A stretch of 64,000 bases of DNA from Psammoneis japonica (taxonomy: Eukaryota), in assembly GCA_008632985.1 (NCBI GenBank), contig QPGO01000103.1, forward strand, positions 62,001-126,000, given 5' to 3'. The notes below the pieces were generated by a model. That model made no database searches. It was not told where the DNA came from and saw only the letters and a list, made by a program, of their open reading frames with translations. Positions within the stretch are counted from its first letter, which is position 1; each line of letters starts with the position of its first letter. The translations under genes and the position numbers were made by a program. This document shows positions 61,228 to 64,000 of this stretch, piece by piece.

Positions 61228-63995
61228 CTAGACAAAAACTCGTTTCATTTCAATCGAGTAGCACTCAATGACATCTCCTTCTTGAAAGTCGCTAAAGCCA
61301 TCGAGCCCCAATCCACATTCTTCGCCACGTCTAACATCGTCGACGTTTTCTTTGACACGCTTGAGACTCGAGGCACGGATAGTTTCGCCAGGCGGAGAAA
61401 CTCTCTCCCCGTTTCTCAAAACTCGATAATGACAGTCCAAAGTAGTACGGGAATCCGATACAGTCTTGTCTTTGTGCAAGGTACCATCCAAGACATTCAA
61501 ACCAGCAATGACTTCAGCATTGCGCTTGTTGTTGATATTGAAAACTGCCTTGACAGTGGCGCTACCGTGGACGACTTCAACTGGTGCTGGTGGTAAATGC
61601 TGAGCAAATACATCCTTGGCGTCATCCAACAAGGAGTAAATGACATTGTGACTGCGAACAGTAACACCGTCATTCTCCGCCAATTGCACCGTCGATTTGT
61701 CGTTAAGATTGTCCAAGCCAAAGGAAAAGATGGCGGCGCCGCTTTGTTGTGCCAACGCCACGTCCGATGTCAATATCGGACCAATTCCCATGCCTACCGG
61801 ATCGACGACGATATCATAATTAGACGACATGGACCCTACCTCGAGCAATGAGTCTCTCACTGCCGCCAGAGTGCCATCGGCGTCTGCTTTATCAACACTG
61901 GTATCCGTATGGTGTTGCTTTTGCGTCTCCTTCAATGTCGTACTTGTCTTCCGCCATTGCGGTCATGTGGACTGTCTTTGATGCGGTACCTGTAACTTGA
62001 AAATCAGGATCCGTATCATTCTGAGTTCGAAAGCTCAAGTCTTTCGCGCTTTTATCCAAGTGCTCCTGTCTCTTTTCGACCAATCTCTTTGCCTTTTCTT
62101 CAGAGGATACACAAACGACCGGATCGCCAGCCTTGGGAAGCGACTCAAATCCAATTATACGGACGGTTGAGACGGTGTCGCGTTGTTTAATGTCTTGCCA
62201 TAAACTACAACCAGGAAAAGAAGAGAAACTCATGGTAAGCTTGAAGCAACCACGCAAACAGCATCAAGAAATGATCAGCTGCTACTCACCATCCTTCAGG
62301 ATCTTAACTTTGCCTGAATGAACACCACTAACCACTACATTGCCTCGTTCCAGTGAGCCCCATCGTACAATACAATCGGCGACTACACCCAGACCCTTCT
62401 CGATGCGAGCATCCATGACAATACCTTCGGCTCGCGCATCGTGGTCTGCACGTAAGTCCATAACCTCACTCTGAAGCACCAAGCCTTCAATCAATTCATC
62501 CAAACCCTCTCCGGTCAAACCCGACACAGGAATGAGTTGCACGGGCGGACCATACTCGCTTTCCGAGTCGGACGATGCCAATTCTTCCGTCACAATACCG
62601 TGCTCCAGCAGCTGGTTTGCAATTCTCATTTTGCTCTCGTCCACGTCCACTCCTGGCTTGTCGATCTTTGTCATGGCCACTACTAGAGAAATGGCGCCGC
62701 CACCTGCTTCCGCAACGATGGACTTGTAAAAGTCCAAAATCTCCACCGTCTGTCGCGAGACTCCATCATCGGCAGCCACCACCAGCACAATCACATCGGC
62801 GGCGTGGGACCCAGAATGGCGCATGGATTTGAACGCGGCATGACCAGGCGTATCCAAAAACGTAACGGCGGCTTTTTTACTCTCGAGTTCAATCTGAAAG
62901 GCACTAATGACTTGCGTGATACCGCCAGCCTCGGTACCCGCGACATCACCCTTGTGCTGTTGCGTTGTGGCAGCCTTTTTGCCCTTTTTCTTCTTTTTCT
63001 TTTTGCCACTGCTCGCCTGTACCGGCTGACTCTGTCTTCGCAAGGCGTCCGTCAAGGTTGTCTTTCCGTGATCAACGTGGCCCATGCAAGCGACAACCGG
63101 TGGACGAGGCGGAAAGCTCTCGTATACATTTTCAGTAGCAGCAGCTTCTTCTTCTTCGGCGCCCGCAGCCCGCCGTTGTAGCAACAAGTTGACATCATCC
63201 TCGACACGAAACGCTCCTTTTCGTTGATCCCGTACAGGTTCGTATCCCAATTCCATAGTGACAAGTTCCATTGTATCGACATCCATTTCATAATTTCCTT
63301 GTGGCAGTTGCGTTCTCCCATGTCTTGCAAGACGTTTAGTATGGTTTGTTTGTTCACTTGCACGATACTCGAAAACACGGCAACACTACACGCACTTCGG
63401 GGCAAGAGCACTTGCAAATCGTCTTCTTGTTTGCCTTGTTGCTTTAACACAATATTCTTTGTTTGTGCAGATGCTGGAAAGAACGTCTTGGGAGCTTTTT
63501 GTATGCGTTGGTAGCGTTCCCGACGCTCCTGTTGTTCCTTTTTCCGTACCTCTTGCTTTTGACGAAACTCTTTGGCTCCACCCTGACGCCATGCTTGCTT
63601 TTGAGCCGTGGCTCCTTCTACTATTACTGGTGGGGATTGTCGTTGAAGACTGTTTTGAAAGGCTTCTCTTAACGAGAAACATTCGTCATGTCGGCGTGTC
63701 CCGTCAGTTTTGTTGTTGTTGTTGGCGTCGCAGAAATGGGACTTGTTGGTCCGGGTAGCTTGGGTGGGGACCTGGTACGCCATGTCGGTTCCGGCATGTT
63801 GGAAACAGTATTGCTTTTCAAAGCTTGTGTTTCCTTTTGGAAATTATCTTTTCGGAAAACAGGGGGCGATGAAGCGCCATTCTTTCTCCAGCCGCTCCTT
63901 GGTTGGTTTTCATTGGCAGCACGGTTCAAGTTGTTCCTCAGTGGTGGTGGTGGCTTGGATGGCCCTCGAAGAACATTCTTGTTGGGTGGTCGCAT
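61228..63995 (-). CDS. infB: Organellar translation initiation factor IF-2; several frameshifts; start may lie beyond the window
   Basis: RPPVVACMGHVDHGKTTL, EAGGITQ, FLDTPGHAAF, KADADGTL.AV, HNVIYSLLDD, V..GEECGL; intron ~62289-62207. Confidence 0.92.
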
Positions 63996-64000
63996 TTTTG

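Noticed and set aside
54500..63700. Multiple frameshifts in IF-2 (~63675, ~63295, two at ~61890-61920), MetAP (~60545) and the membrane protein as recoding or pseudogenisation
   Set aside because: Catalytic motifs are intact and at least the two IF-2 breaks near 61900 are repaired by adding one A to a homopolymer (restoring IRIPVLIKADADG). Assembly indel errors are the simplest explanation.

Overview
Eukaryotic nuclear DNA from a diatom-like stramenopile, inferred from short GT-AG introns, ASAF-type bipartite plastid presequences and diatom-type Copia remnants. About 26 compact, often head-to-head protein genes or gene candidates (WD40, vWA, aquaporin, Prx5-type peroxiredoxin, plastid L17, ALG13, FKBP, SPCS2, P2A Ca-ATPase, metallophosphoesterase-LamG, LRR, DUF4116, HMG-box, RFC4, AsnRS, MetAP, IF-2) alternate with four sharply bounded islands (~6.9-8.3, 23.5-30.0, 33.3-43.2, 47.9-49.3 kb) of decayed transposon-like sequence. 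The most striking signal is in those islands: CpG is depleted and TpA is almost erased, both apparently converted to TpG/CpA. Conserved Tyr codons of a Copia RT/RNase H now read Cys or His, and duplicated segments differ by CA<->TG swaps. This points to a repeat-targeted hypermutation process distinct from plain 5mC decay and opposite in direction to fungal RIP. Several conserved genes carry single-base frameshifts that are probably assembly errors. All counts are by-eye estimates and no database search was run.
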